From the NCBI RefSeq assembly GCF_002854065.1, contig NZ_CP024147.1: 64,000 nt of DNA; one strand, 5' to 3'. The first letter of the stretch is position 1. Each line of letters starts with the position of its first letter. The stretch is from Escherichia coli (GTDB taxonomy: Bacteria; Pseudomonadota; Gammaproteobacteria; Enterobacterales; Enterobacteriaceae). Shown here one piece after another: positions 12,103 to 23,855 of this stretch. Both the position numbers and the translations under genes were made by a program. A model generated the notes under the pieces. It was not told the DNA's origin, ran no database searches, and saw nothing but the letters and a program-made list of their open reading frames with translations.

Positions 12103-12200
12103 TTGCCTGATGCGCTACGCTTATCAGGCCTACAAAACCTGTTGAAAATATTGCTTTTGTAGACCGGATAAGGCGTTCACGCCGCATCCGGCATGAACAA
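12103..12200. repeat. REP elements
   Basis: Palindromic gcctgatgcgctacgcttatcaggcc / gccggataaggcg...catccggc units. Confidence 0.8.
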
Positions 12201-12226
12201 AGAGCACTTCATCAGCAATCTGAAAC

Positions 12227-12337
12227 TCAACTAAACAGCCCAATCATCGCGGCACACAGCACGGCAGCAACGGCAGTTTGCGGTGTGTGGCTGTCAACTG
12301 CGCCACTCGATACCAGATTAATTATTGATTCCAGCAT
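12227..12337 (-). CDS. yshB: Small membrane protein YshB (36 aa)
   Basis: Reverse-strand translation MLESIINLVSSGAVDSHTPQTAVAAVLCAAMIGLFS. Confidence 0.7.
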   Translation of the reverse strand: MLESIINLVSSGAVDSHTPQTAVAAVLCAAMIGLFS

Positions 12338-12448
12338 AATGACTCTCCCCGTTTTCCGGGCAAGATCATACTGAACTTATCGGAACAGTAAAGCGCAAAA
12401 TACCAGCAATTTGCGCTCAATAATCAATCTTTACACACAAGCCGTGAA

Positions 12449-13858
12449 TCACTCCATCCCTAACTCTTTTAACTTACGCGTCAGAGTGTTGCGGCCCCAG
12501 CCGAGTAGCCGCGCCGCTTCCTGTTTATGCCCCTGCGTATGTCGCAACGCGGTCGTCAGTAACGTCCGCTCCAGCTCTGGCTGCGCTTCGGAAAGCAGAT
12601 TTTGATGACCGGAACGTAGCGCCCGATCTGCCCACTGTGCTAACAGCGTTGCCCAACTGTCCGGTTGCATTTGCGAAGTACTCTCCGCAACCGTTGATTC
12701 AAACAGTTCACCGGGCAAATCCTGAATCAACACTTCCTGCCCGGCGGCCATCACTGTTAGCCAGCGACAGGTGTTTTCCAGCTGGCGTACGTTACCCGGC
12801 CACGCCAGACGCGTCAGAGCAGCTTCGGTTTCCGGATGCAGCAACTTCGCTTCTACGCCCAGTTCGTGCGCAGCAACCTGTAAAAAATGGCGTGCCAGGC
12901 GGGGAATATCTTCCCGACGCTCACGCAGTGGCGGCAGATGAACGCGGATAACGTTCAGGCGGTGGAACAGATCCTCACGGAACTTACCTTCCTGCACCCG
13001 CTGTTCGAGATTCTGGTGAGTGGCAGCGATAATCCGCACATCCACTTTCACCGGCGCATAGCCGCCAACGCGGTAAAACTGACCGTCTGCCAGCACGCGC
13101 AGCAAACGCGTCTGCACATCCAGCGGCATATCGCCAATTTCATCGAGAAATAATGTACCGCCATCAGCCTGTTCAAAACGCCCCTGACGAATGGTATTCG
13201 CGCCGGTAAACGCGCCTTTCTCGTGACCAAACAGTTCTGATTCGATCAAATCTTTTGGGATAGCTGCCATATTCAGCGCGATAAACGGCGCTTTGGCTCG
13301 CGGACTGTGGCGATGCAGGGCATGAGCGACCAGTTCTTTACCGGTACCGGATTCGCCGTTAATCAGCACGCTAATAGAAGAACGCGAAAGCCGACCGATA
13401 ATACGGAACACGTCCTGCATGGCTGGCGCTTCGCCGATGATATCGGTCGTTGGGCCGTTAAGCTGAACATTACGCGGCTGCTGCTGTTCCTGGTAATGAC
13501 TGATGGCGCGCTCAACCAGCGCCACGGCTTCGTCGATATCAAACGGTTTGGGCAGATAATCGAACGCCCCTTGTTGATAGGCGCTGACGGCAGCATCCAG
13601 ATCGGAATGTGCGGTCATAATGATGACCGGAAGCATCGGATGGCGCTGTTTAATCTGCTTGAGCAGCGCCAGCCCGTCCATTCCCGGCATACGGATATCT
13701 GAAAGCAGCACATCCGGCGTTTTGCTCGCCAGCGCCTCCAGTACCTCCGCGCCGTTCTCAAATGTCGTACAGGTTAAACCCGCTCCAGCGAGCGCACGTT
13801 CAAGCACCCAACGGATGGAACTATCGTCATCGACTACCCAGACTATCCCTCGTTGCAT
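12449..13858 (-). CDS. glnG: Nitrogen regulation response regulator NtrC (sigma-54 activator)
   Basis: Receiver domain, AAA+ sigma-54 interaction domain (GESGTGKE) and C-terminal HTH; start at [12 protein letters not shown]. Confidence 0.96.
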   Translation of the reverse strand: MQRGIVWVVDDDSSIRWVLERALAGAGLTCTTFENGAEVLEALASKTPDVLLSDIRMPGMDGLALLKQIKQRHPMLPVIIMTAHSDLDAAVSAYQQGAFDYLPKPFDIDEAVALVERAISHYQEQQQPRNVQLNGPTTDIIGEAPAMQDVFRIIGRLSRSSISVLINGESGTGKELVAHALHRHSPRAKAPFIALNMAAIPKDLIESELFGHEKGAFTGANTIRQGRFEQADGGTLFLDEIGDMPLDVQTRLLRVLADGQFYRVGGYAPVKVDVRIIAATHQNLEQRVQEGKFREDLFHRLNVIRVHLPPLRERREDIPRLARHFLQVAAHELGVEAKLLHPETEAALTRLAWPGNVRQLENTCRWLTVMAAGQEVLIQDLPGELFESTVAESTSQMQPDSWATLLAQWADRALRSGHQNLLSEAQPELERTLLTTALRHTQGHKQEAARLLGWGRNTLTRKLKELGME

Positions 13859-13869
13859 AAACGTCACCT

Positions 13870-14919
13870 TTATTTCCTGATAGGCAGGTAAACCGAGAAC
13901 TCGGTATGCCCTGGCCAACTGGTAAATTCAATTTTGCCTGAATGCTGATCAATCAAATTACGAGCGATGGATAAGCCAAGCCCGGTGCCACCTTCGCGGC
14001 CGCTGACCATCGGGTAAAACAGCGTATCCTGCAAATGAGGCGGAATGCCTGGCCCGTTATCTTCCACATCAATCCGCGCCGCCAGCCGGTAGCGCTCGCC
14101 GTGTAAGGTCAGTTGAAACGCGGTGCGGGTACGCAGAATGATTTCACCACCCTCCGGCCCCAGCGCCTGTAGCGCATTGCGCACAATATTCAGCAAGACC
14201 TGTTCAATTTGATCCGGGTCGTGCGCCAGTTCCGGCAGGCTGGGATCGTAATCACGAATCAACCGCACGTTGTCCGGCAGTTCCATCGACACCAGCGTTA
14301 CCACGCGTTCAGCTACTTTGTGAATACTTTCGGTCACGCGCGTACCGGGCAGCTGCGGCCCCAACAGACGGTCGACCAGATTTCGCAGCCGGTCCGCCTG
14401 TTCGATAATCACTTTGGTATATTCCAGTAGTGACGGGTCAGGTAATGCTTTGCTGAGTAGCTGCGCCGCGCCACGTAAACCGCCAAGCGGATTTTTAATC
14501 TCATGTGCCAGGCCGCGCACTAAATCACGGGCAGCAACCTGCTGGGCGTGCTGTAGCTGTTCCTGACTTAAGCGGCGCTGGTTATCCATCGGCGCCATCT
14601 CCAGCAGGATCATGCCGTCCGGCATACGCTGGGCCGTCACAGAAAGGATATGCGAGCGACCGTCGATCACCAGCGTCACTTCGTTATCGGTAAAACCTTG
14701 CCCCGCCTCCAGACTTTCTTGCATCAGCTCAATATTTAATGAGAAGTAGCTCAACAGTTCCGGTAACGGCGTACCAAACAATTTGCGGGAGCTTTGGGCG
14801 AGCAGTTGTTGCGCGGCGGGGTTGGCGTAATGGATCGCCAGGTTGTCATCGATTAACAAAATACTGTTAATCAGCGAGTTGAGGATCTGCCCAGCATCGG
14901 GCTGCGTGCCTGTTGCCAT
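13870..14919 (-). CDS. glnL: Nitrogen regulation sensor kinase NtrB
   Basis: 349-aa histidine kinase with H-box LAHEIKNPL. Confidence 0.96.
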
Positions 14920-15092
14920 AAAGCAGTCTCCTGAACAGGTTGCACCATTTTAGTGCATTATAGCTTTTTACGGATAAAAAGCGCGAAGCATCAGAGAATT
15001 GACGGAGAAAAAAGCCCATGCAGAGATGGGCTGAAAGTTTCCACGGCAACTAAATCCCGGCGTTGTTGCGCCGGGTAGTACAACTTCAACTA

Positions 15093-16502
15093 TTAGACGC
15101 TGTAGTACAGCTCAAACTCTACCGGATGCGGAGTCATACGCACGCGGTCATCTTCTTCGCGACGCAGAGCGATGTACGCATCGATCGCTTCATCCGTGAA
15201 CACGCCACCGGCTTTCAGGAACTCGCGGTCCAGATCCAGCTCGTTCAGTGCTTCTTCCAGAGAGCCTGCAACTTGTGGGATCTCTTTCGCTTCTTCTGGC
15301 GGCAGGTCATACAGGTTTTTGTCCATGGCTTCGCCCGGATGGATCTTGTTCTTGATGCCATCAAGACCGGCCATCAGCAGGGCAGCAAAGCACAGGTACG
15401 GGTTAGCCGCCGGGTCCGGGAAACGCACTTCGATACGACGCGCTTTCGGAGAAGAAACCACCGGAATACGGATAGACGCAGAACGGTTGCGTGCAGAGTA
15501 AGCCAGCATTACCGGTGCTTCGTAGCCCGGGACCAGACGCTTATAAGAGTTGGTGGTCGGGTTTGCCAGGGCGTTAATCGCTTTAGCGTGTTTGATTACG
15601 CCGCCAATGTAGTACAGCGCCTGCTCAGACAGACCTGCGTATTTGTCGCCTGCGAACAGGTTAACGCCGTTTTTAGACAGAGACATGTGGCAGTGCATAC
15701 CGGAGCCGTTATCACCGAACATCGGTTTTGGCATAAAGGTCGCGGTTTTACCGAAGCGGTGCGCTACGTTGTGCACAACATATTTGTAGATCTGAATTTC
15801 GTCAGCTTTTTTGGTCATGGTATTGAAGCGGGTAGCCACTTCGTTCTGACCAGCAGTCGCTACTTCGTGGTGATGGGCTTCAACCACCAGACCCATCTGT
15901 TCCATCACCAGACACATTTCAGAACGAATATCCTGAGCAGAGTCTACCGGCGGAACCGGGAAGTAACCGCCTTTCACTGCCGGACGGTGACCTTTGTTAC
16001 CACCTTCATATTGGGTGGAGGAGTTCCATGCGCCTTCGATATCGTCGATAGCAACATGAGAACCGGAGATAGATGATCCGAAACGGATGTCATCGAACAG
16101 GAAGAATTCAGGTTCTGGCCCGAACAGTACGGTGTCGGCAATGCCAGTAGAACGCAGGTAATCTTCAGCGCGCTTCGCGATGGAGCGCGGGTCACGGTCA
16201 TAGCCTTGCAGGGTGCCAGGTTCAAGGATGTCGCAACGGATAATCAGGGTGGAGTCGGCGAAGAACGGGTCAATCACTGCGGTGGATGCGTCTGGCATCA
16301 GCACCATGTCGGATTCGTTAATGCCTTTCCAGCCGCCAATCGAGGAGCCGTCAAACATTTTGCCTTCTTCGAAGAATTCAGCATTCACCTGATGAGCAGG
16401 GATAGTGACGTGCTGTTCTTTACCTTTGGTATCGGTGAAGCGCAAATCAACAAACTTCACTTCGTGCTCGTTCAGCATCGTCAGTACGTGTTCAGCGGAC
16501 AT
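15093..16502 (-). CDS. glnA: Glutamine synthetase
   Basis: 469-aa [28 protein letters not shown]-terminus and adenylylation-site region. Confidence 0.98.
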
Positions 16503-16582
16503 ACTTTAACTCTCCTGGATTGGTCATTGTCGTCGTGGTAACGAAATCTGCAATTATTTTGGCCGTGTCGCCGTAAAAAAGA

Positions 16583-16604
16583 TAAAGCGAAAACTGTGCC
16601 AACT
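16583..16604 (-). promoter_or_regulatory. glnAp2 sigma-54 promoter (-24 GG / -12 GC)
   Basis: Reverse strand reads TTGGCACAGTTTTCGCTTTATC, a sigma-54 -24/-12 consensus. Confidence 0.8.
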
Positions 16605-16654
16605 TTTAAATTGCCCCTAAAAGGCGTTATCATGCTTAACATCGTGCAAAAGGG

Positions 16655-16725
16655 CTGCACCATGATGTGAATGTTGCACCAATATAGTGCTTCAATGGAA
16701 ACATTAAGCACCATATTGGTGCAAT
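16655..16725. promoter_or_regulatory. NtrC enhancer sites upstream of glnA
   Basis: Repeated TGCACC-N-GGTGCA-like dyads (tgcaccatgatg, tgcaccaatatagtgc, agcaccatattggtgca). Confidence 0.75.
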
Positions 16726-16874
16726 GACCTTTGGATAACCCTTTTTATGCTCCGTGAAAGCGATCACAAAGGGACTCTGCAATACTTGTTTGCGGAGGAT
16801 GTTTGTGATCCTGTTTTGTAGTGCGATTAATCCGTGTACAATAACGCGCTATTTCTAATGCCTGAGGCAAAGTT

Positions 16875-18698
16875 GTGATCGAAAAATTGCGTAATATCGC
16901 CATCATCGCGCACGTAGACCATGGTAAAACCACCCTGGTAGACAAGCTGCTCCAACAATCCGGTACGTTCGACTCTCGTGCCGAAACCCAAGAGCGCGTG
17001 ATGGACTCCAACGATTTGGAGAAAGAGCGTGGGATTACCATCCTCGCGAAAAACACCGCTATCAAATGGAATGATTACCGTATCAACATCGTTGATACCC
17101 CGGGGCACGCCGACTTCGGTGGTGAAGTTGAACGTGTAATGTCCATGGTAGACTCAGTGCTGCTGGTGGTTGACGCATTTGACGGCCCGATGCCGCAAAC
17201 GCGCTTCGTAACCAAAAAAGCGTTTGCTTACGGCCTGAAGCCGATTGTTGTTATCAACAAAGTTGACCGCCCTGGCGCGCGTCCTGATTGGGTTGTGGAT
17301 CAGGTATTCGATCTGTTCGTTAACCTCGACGCGACCGACGAGCAGCTGGACTTCCCGATCGTTTACGCTTCTGCGCTGAACGGTATCGCGGGTCTGGACC
17401 ACGAAGATATGGCGGAAGACATGACCCCGCTGTATCAGGCGATTGTTGACCACGTTCCTGCGCCGGACGTTGACCTTGACGGTCCGTTCCAGATGCAGAT
17501 TTCTCAGCTCGATTACAACAGCTATGTTGGCGTTATCGGCATTGGCCGCATCAAGCGCGGTAAAGTGAAGCCGAACCAGCAGGTTACTATCATCGATAGC
17601 GAAGGCAAAACCCGCAACGCGAAAGTCGGTAAAGTGCTGGGCCACCTCGGTCTGGAACGTATCGAAACCGATCTGGCGGAAGCTGGCGATATCGTAGCGA
17701 TCACGGGCCTGGGCGAACTGAATATTTCTGATACCGTTTGCGACACGCAAAATGTGGAAGCGCTGCCGGCACTCTCCGTTGATGAGCCGACCGTTTCTAT
17801 GTTCTTCTGCGTTAACACCTCGCCGTTCTGCGGTAAAGAAGGTAAGTTCGTAACGTCTCGTCAGATCCTGGATCGTCTGAACAAAGAACTGGTACACAAC
17901 GTTGCGCTGCGCGTAGAAGAAACCGAAGACGCCGATGCGTTCCGCGTTTCTGGTCGTGGCGAACTGCACCTGTCTGTTCTTATCGAAAACATGCGTCGTG
18001 AAGGTTTTGAACTGGCGGTATCCCGTCCGAAAGTAATCTTCCGTGAAATCGACGGTCGTAAACAAGAGCCTTACGAAAACGTGACGCTGGACGTTGAAGA
18101 ACAGCATCAGGGTTCTGTAATGCAGGCGCTGGGCGAACGTAAAGGCGACCTGAAAAACATGAATCCAGACGGTAAAGGCCGCGTACGTCTCGACTACGTG
18201 ATCCCAAGCCGTGGTCTGATTGGCTTCCGTTCTGAGTTCATGACCATGACTTCCGGTACTGGTCTGCTGTACTCCACCTTCAGCCACTACGACGACGTAC
18301 GTCCGGGTGAAGTGGGTCAGCGTCAGAACGGTGTACTGATCTCTAACGGTCAGGGTAAAGCGGTAGCGTTCGCGCTGTTCGGTCTGCAGGATCGCGGTAA
18401 GCTGTTCCTCGGTCACGGTGCAGAAGTTTACGAAGGTCAGATTATCGGTATTCATAGCCGCTCTAACGACCTGACTGTAAACTGCCTGACCGGTAAGAAA
18501 CTGACCAACATGCGTGCTTCCGGTACTGACGAAGCCGTTGTTCTGGTTCCGCCTATCCGCATGACTCTGGAACAAGCTCTGGAGTTCATCGATGATGACG
18601 AACTGGTAGAAGTGACTCCGACCTCTATCCGTATTCGTAAACGTCACCTGACGGAAAACGATCGTCGTCGCGCCAACCGCGCACCGAAAGACGATTAA
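16875..18698 (+). CDS. typA: Ribosome-associated translational GTPase BipA/TypA
   Basis: 607-aa ORF with [10 protein letters not shown]1 motif, EF-G-like domains; GTG start. Confidence 0.97.
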   Translation: MIEKLRNIAIIAHVDHGKTTLVDKLLQQSGTFDSRAETQERVMDSNDLEKERGITILAKNTAIKWNDYRINIVDTPGHADFGGEVERVMSMVDSVLLVVDAFDGPMPQTRFVTKKAFAYGLKPIVVINKVDRPGARPDWVVDQVFDLFVNLDATDEQLDFPIVYASALNGIAGLDHEDMAEDMTPLYQAIVDHVPAPDVDLDGPFQMQISQLDYNSYVGVIGIGRIKRGKVKPNQQVTIIDSEGKTRNAKVGKVLGHLGLERIETDLAEAGDIVAITGLGELNISDTVCDTQNVEALPALSVDEPTVSMFFCVNTSPFCGKEGKFVTSRQILDRLNKELVHNVALRVEETEDADAFRVSGRGELHLSVLIENMRREGFELAVSRPKVIFREIDGRKQEPYENVTLDVEEQHQGSVMQALGERKGDLKNMNPDGKGRVRLDYVIPSRGLIGFRSEFMTMTSGTGLLYSTFSHYDDVRPGEVGQRQNGVLISNGQGKAVAFALFGLQDRGKLFLGHGAEVYEGQIIGIHSRSNDLTVNCLTGKKLTNMRASGTDEAVVLVPPIRMTLEQALEFIDDDELVEVTPTSIRIRKRHLTENDRRRANRAPKDD

Positions 18699-18715
18699 TT
18701 TCGTTTTTTAGTCAT

Positions 18716-18748
18716 AAAAAACCTGCCAGCGATGGCAGGTTTTTTTTT
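18716..18748 (+). terminator. Rho-independent terminator of typA
   Basis: Hairpin acctgccagcgatggcaggt followed by T9. Confidence 0.8.
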
Positions 18749-18914
18749 GCCTGTCGTGAGCGCACACCAATGCGAGTATCTCCCTTATAAGTCTGTGGTT
18801 ACGTCAATAGAGAGCTTTGTCACAATTATCTGCAAAGTCATACGCCGTTAATTGCTTTCTTTTTTGGCGTAAGCGTAAGATGCTTCATCTGGTTTAAACC
18901 AAAAGGATTAAACA

Positions 18915-19550
18915 ATGGCGGAGAATCAATCCACCGTAGAAAATGCAAAAGAGAAACTGGATCGGTGGTTGAAAGATGGCATCACCACGCCGGGTGGAAA
19001 ACTCCCTTCAGAAAGAGAGCTGGGAGAACTGCTGGGCATTAAACGTATGACGCTGCGCCAGGCGTTGTTGAACCTCGAGGCAGAATCCAAAATCTTCCGT
19101 AAGGATCGTAAGGGGTGGTTCGTGACCCAGCCGCGATTTAATTACAGTCCGGAGCTGTCGGCGAGCTTTCAGCGGGCCGCAATTGAGCAAGGGCGAGAGC
19201 CTTCCTGGGGGTTTACCGAGAAAAACCGTACCAGCGATATTCCCGAGACGCTCGCGCCACTGATTGCAGTGACGCCATCAACTGAACTCTATCGCATCAC
19301 CGGCTGGGGGGCGCTGGAAGGACATAAAGTTTTCTATCACGAAACATATATTAATCCTGAAGTTGCTCCGGGCTTTATTGAACAACTTGAAAACCACTCA
19401 TTTTCTGCAGTCTGGGAAAAGTGCTACCAAAAAGAGACGGTAGTAAAAAAATTGATTTTCAAACCCGTCAGAATGCCGGGCGATATCAGCAAGTATCTTG
19501 GCGGTTCTGCGGGTATGCCAGCGATATTAATTGAAAAGCATCGCGCCGAC
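18915..19550 (+). pseudogene. yihL: yihL (GntR/UTRA-type regulator), 3'-truncated by IS1
   Basis: ORF reads through into IS1 left end (last 8 codons GDAANLLI are IS1-encoded). Confidence 0.8.
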
Positions 19551-19605
19551 GGTGATGCTGCCAACTTACTGATTTAGTGTATGATGGTGTCTTTGAGGTG
19601 CTCCA

Positions 19606-19881
19606 GTGGCTTCTGTTTCTATCAGCTGTCCCTCCTGTTCAGCTACTGACGGGGTGGTGCGTAACGGCAAAAGCACTGCCGGACATCAGCGCTATCTCTG
19701 CTCTCACTGCCGTAAAACATGGCAACTGCAGTTCACTTACACCGCTTCTCAACCCGGTACGCACCAGAAAATCATTGATATGGCCATGAATGGCGTTGGA
19801 TGCCGGGCAACCGCCCGCATTATGGGCGTTGGCCTCAACACGATTTTCCGCCATTTAAAAAACTCAGGCCGCAGTCGGTAA
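19606..19881 (+). CDS. insA: IS1 InsA
   Basis: Identical 91-aa product. Confidence 0.95.
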   Translation: MASVSISCPSCSATDGVVRNGKSTAGHQRYLCSHCRKTWQLQFTYTASQPGTHQKIIDMAMNGVGCRATARIMGVGLNTIFRHLKNSGRSR

Positions 19882-20303
19882 CCTCGCGCATACAGCCGGG
19901 CAGTGACGTCATCGTCTGCGCGGAAATGGACGAACAGTGGGGATACGTCGGGGCTAAATCGCGCCAGCGCTGGCTGTTTTACGCGTATGACAGGCTCCGG
20001 AAGACGGTTGTTGCGCACGTATTCGGTGAACGCACTATGGCGACGCTGGGGCGTCTTATGAGCCTGCTGTCACCCTTTGACGTGGTGATATGGATGACGG
20101 ATGGCTGGCCGCTGTATGAATCCCGCCTGAAGGGAAAGCTGCACGTAATCAGCAAGCGATATACGCAGCGAATTGAGCGGCATAACCTGAATCTGAGGCA
20201 GCACCTGGCACGGCTGGGACGGAAGTCGCTGTCGTTCTCAAAATCGGTGGAGCTGCATGACAAAGTCATCGGGCATTATCTGAACATAAAACACTATCAA
20301 TAA
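19800..20303 (+). CDS. insB: IS1 InsB
   Basis: Identical 167-aa product. Confidence 0.93.
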   Translation: MPGNRPHYGRWPQHDFPPFKKLRPQSVTSRIQPGSDVIVCAEMDEQWGYVGAKSRQRWLFYAYDRLRKTVVAHVFGERTMATLGRLMSLLSPFDVVIWMTDGWPLYESRLKGKLHVISKRYTQRIERHNLNLRQHLARLGRKSLSFSKSVELHDKVIGHYLNIKHYQ

Positions 20304-20318
20304 GTTGGAGTCATTACC

Positions 20319-21306
20319 GCCGGGGTATTGGGGCATCCTCTTTGTCTGGGCGCTATTTGGCGTTACTTGCGACATGATGAACTGGCCGGTCTTACTCAAG
20401 TCGGTAAGTCGATTGGGCAATAGCGAACAACAAGGTCGGTTGTTTGGCTTCTTCGAAACAGGGCGTGGCATTGTCGATACCGTGGTGGCATTTTCTGCGT
20501 TGGCAGTATTTACCTGGTTTGGCAGTGGCTTATTGGGTTTTAAAGCAGGCATCTGGTTCTATTCCCTTATTGTGATTGCCGTAGGCATTATTATTTTCTT
20601 TGTCCTGAATGACAAAGAAGAGGCACCGTCCGTTGAGGTGAAAAAAGAAGACGGAGCATCGCAAAACACCAGTATGACCTCGGTGCTGAAAGACAAAACT
20701 ATCTGGCTTATCGCTTTCAACGTCTTCTTCGTTTACGCGGTTTACTGTGGCCTGACATTCTTCATTCCATTCCTGAAAAACATCTATCTATTGCCCGTTG
20801 CGCTGGTGGGGGCTTACGGCATCATTAACCAATACTGTCTGAAAATGATTGGTGGACCGATTGGTGGCATGATTTCAGATAAGATCCTGAAATCGCCGAG
20901 TAAATATCTATGCTACACCTTTATCATCAGTACCGCTGCGCTCGTACTGTTGATTATGCTGCCGCACGAAAGTATGCCGGTCTATTTAGGGATGGCATGT
21001 ACGCTGGGCTTTGGCGCGATAGTCTTTACACAGCGAGCCGTATTTTTTGCACCTATCGGCGAAGCAAAAATTGCTGAAAATAAAACAGGCGCGGTGATGG
21101 CGTTGGGTAGCTTTATTGGTTACGCCCCGGCGATGTTCTGCTTTAGTCTGTATGGCTACATTCTGGATTTAAATCCGGGGATTATTGGCTACAAAATCGT
21201 GTTTGGCATTATGGCCTGCTTCGCATTCTGTGGTGCGGTGGTTTCCGTAATGCTGGTTAAGCGTATTAGCCAACGTAAGAAAGAGATGCTGGCGGCTGAA
21301 GCTTAA
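20319..21306 (+). pseudogene. yihN: MFS transporter YihN, 5'-truncated (C-terminal ~330 codons only)
   Basis: Multi-TM ORF begins directly at IS1 right end with no native start; matches C-terminal part of yihN. Confidence 0.75.
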
Positions 21307-21427
21307 TTAATGGCCGGATGTGCTTAATCCGGCCAAAAAAAATCCGCTGAATCCCCAGCGGATTTTTCGAAGTTTCAATTTCAGGATACTTCTTGCTCGG
21401 CAACTACCAGTTCAACATTCTCTTCAC

Positions 21428-21790
21428 TTAACAACTGGCAGAAAGAATTGGGAGGCGGGGCATCAGTAAAAAAAGCCCTGACATTCCGTGCATTGCCAAC
21501 GCTACCGCGCCGTGAAAAACATCGCCTGCTCCAGTCGTATCAACCACATTGACAGAAAATGCATCCTGTTGACACAAATGATCATCTTTAATCCACAATG
21601 AATCTTCAGAACCCAGCGTGACATACACTTTACCCGCAGTTTGTGTCGTTGCCTGGTACAAACCTTCTTCAGGTGACTGCAGGCCAGTCATGCGTTTCCG
21701 CCCTGGCGTTGAGAACACGGCGTGATCAGTAAGCGCGACAAGTGGATAAATATCCTGCGGTGTCATATCGTCGCTGGTTATCGAAACTCG
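21428..21790 (-). pseudogene. Remnant of pfkB-family sugar kinase (yihV-like sulfofructose kinase)
   Basis: Reverse-strand ORF contains VDTTGAGDVFHGA pfkB signature but lacks N-terminal half and has a non-native C-terminus. Confidence 0.55.
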
Positions 21791-21955
21791 TTGGCAATTT
21801 ACACCTGAATCTTAACCATTCATCTATTGCGAAAAAGCCAGTGAAATTACTCTGCTTTTTCGCAATCAGCATCACAAGATTACCCTTATTGCCACATAGC
21901 CAAACCCATCCTTTCCCGCTACAGTTAATTTCTTGTGGCGCGAAAGGAGGCAAAA

Positions 21956-22555
21956 ATGCTCTATATCTTTGATTTAGGTAATGTGATTGTCGATATCGAC
22001 TTTAACCGTGTGCTGGGAGCCTGGAGCGATTTAACGCGTATTCCGCTGGCTACGCTTAAGAAGAGTTTTCATATGGGGGAGGCGTTTCATCAGCATGAGC
22101 GCGGGGAAATTAGCGACGAAGCGTTCGCAGAGGCGCTGTGTCATGAGATGGCTCTACCGCTAAGCTACGAGCAGTTCTCTCACGGCTGGCAGGCGGTGTT
22201 TGTTGCGCTGCGCCCGGAAGTGATCGCCATCATGCATAAACTGCGTGAGCAGGGGCATCGCGTGGTGGTGCTTTCCAATACCAACCGCCTGCATACCACC
22301 TTCTGGCCGGAAGAATACCCGGAAATTCGTGATGCTGCTGACCATATCTATCTGTCGCAAGATCTGGGGATGCGCAAACCTGAAGCACGAATTTACCAGC
22401 ATGTTTTGCAGGCAGAAGGTTTTTCACCCAGCGATACGGTCTTTTTCGACGATAACGCCGATAATATAGAAGGAGCTAATCATCTAGGCATTACCAGTAT
22501 TCTGGTGAAAGATAAAACCACCATCCCGGACTATTTCGCGAAGGTGTTATGCTAA
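21956..22555 (+). CDS. yihX: HAD-family sugar phosphatase YihX
   Basis: N-terminus [15 protein letters not shown] with HAD motif I. Confidence 0.93.
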
Positions 22556-23421
22556 AAACCATTCAGGACAAAGCCAGGCACCGTACCCGTCCGCTATGGG
22601 CCTGGCTGAAACTACTCTGGCAACGCATTGATGAGGACAATATGACAACCCTGGCAGGTAACCTTGCCTATGTGTCGTTGCTCTCATTAGTGCCGCTGGT
22701 TGCCGTTGTTTTTGCGCTTTTCGCCGCTTTTCCCATGTTTTCCGACGTCAGCATTCAGTTGCGTCACTTTATTTTTGCCAACTTTCTGCCTGCTACTGGC
22801 GATGTTATTCAGCGGTATATCGAACAATTTGTTGCCAATTCCAACAAGATGACCGCCGTTGGCGCGTGCGGGCTGATCGTCACCGCGTTATTGTTGATGT
22901 ACTCCATCGATAGCGCGTTGAATACCATCTGGCGCAGTAAACGAGCGCGACCAAAAATTTACTCGTTTGCCGTGTACTGGATGATTTTAACGCTGGGGCC
23001 GCTGCTGGCAGGGGCCAGTCTGGCGATCAGTTCCTATTTGCTCTCCCTACGCTGGGCGAGCGATCTCAATACTGTCATCGACAACGTGCTGCGTATTTTT
23101 CCGCTGCTGTTGTCGTGGATCTCCTTCTGGTTGCTGTACAGCATTGTTCCAACCATCCGCGTACCTAACCGCGACGCGATTGTCGGCGCGTTTGTCGCAG
23201 CACTCCTGTTCGAAGCAGGAAAGAAAGGTTTCGCGCTTTATATCACCATGTTCCCGTCATATCAGCTCATTTACGGCGTGCTGGCGGTGATCCCCATTCT
23301 CTTTGTTTGGGTCTACTGGACATGGTGTATCGTCTTGCTTGGCGCGGAAATTACTGTCACTCTCGGGGAATACCGCAAACTAAAACAAGCTGCTGAACAA
23401 GAAGAAGACGACGAACCATGA
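22549..23421 (+). CDS. yihY: YihY/BrkB-family inner membrane protein
   Basis: 290-aa multi-TM ORF overlapping yihX stop. Confidence 0.9.
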
Positions 23422-23855
23422 TTGCATTAATTCAACGCGTAACCCGTGCCAGCGTCACCGTGGAGGGAAAAGTGACGGGCGAAATTGGTGCGGGACTTTT
23501 GGTGTTATTGGGTGTCGAAAAGGATGACGACGAACAGAAAGCAAACCGTCTGTGCGAGCGTGTGCTCGGCTACCGCATCTTTAGCGATGCCGAAGGCAAG
23601 ATGAATCTCAACGTGCAACAGGCGGGCGGCAGTGTGCTGGTGGTTTCCCAGTTTACCCTCGCCGCAGATACCGAACGGGGGATGCGCCCAAGTTTCTCCA
23701 AAGGCGCATCACCGGATCGCGCAGAGGCGTTATATGACTATTTCGTCGAACGCTGCCGTCAGCAAGAGATGAACACGCAAACAGGACGCTTCGCTGCGGA
23801 TATGCAGGTATCGCTGGTCAATGATGGCCCCGTGACATTCTGGTTGCAGGTATGA
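23418..23855 (+). CDS. dtd: D-aminoacyl-tRNA deacylase
   Basis: 145-aa [20 protein letters not shown]..., SQFTL motif. Confidence 0.96.

Larger units (their letters stand above)
19551..20318 (+). mobile_element. IS1 insertion sequence, copy 2
   Basis: Identical ends and InsA/InsB ORFs as copy 1; flanks differ (no target duplication). Confidence 0.97.

Noticed and set aside
14920-15092. Possible 3'-UTR sRNA (GlnZ-like) downstream of glnA
   Set aside because: Position is plausible but I could not identify defining sequence features by eye, so it was not called.
15063-16076. 337-aa plus-strand ORF overlapping glnA
   Set aside because: Antisense to glnA with an Arg/His-rich composition typical of reverse-frame artefacts.
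17154-18647. 497-aa minus-strand ORF overlapping typA
   Set aside because: Antisense shadow of typA; the GC-rich third-position bias of typA creates a long open frame on the opposite strand.
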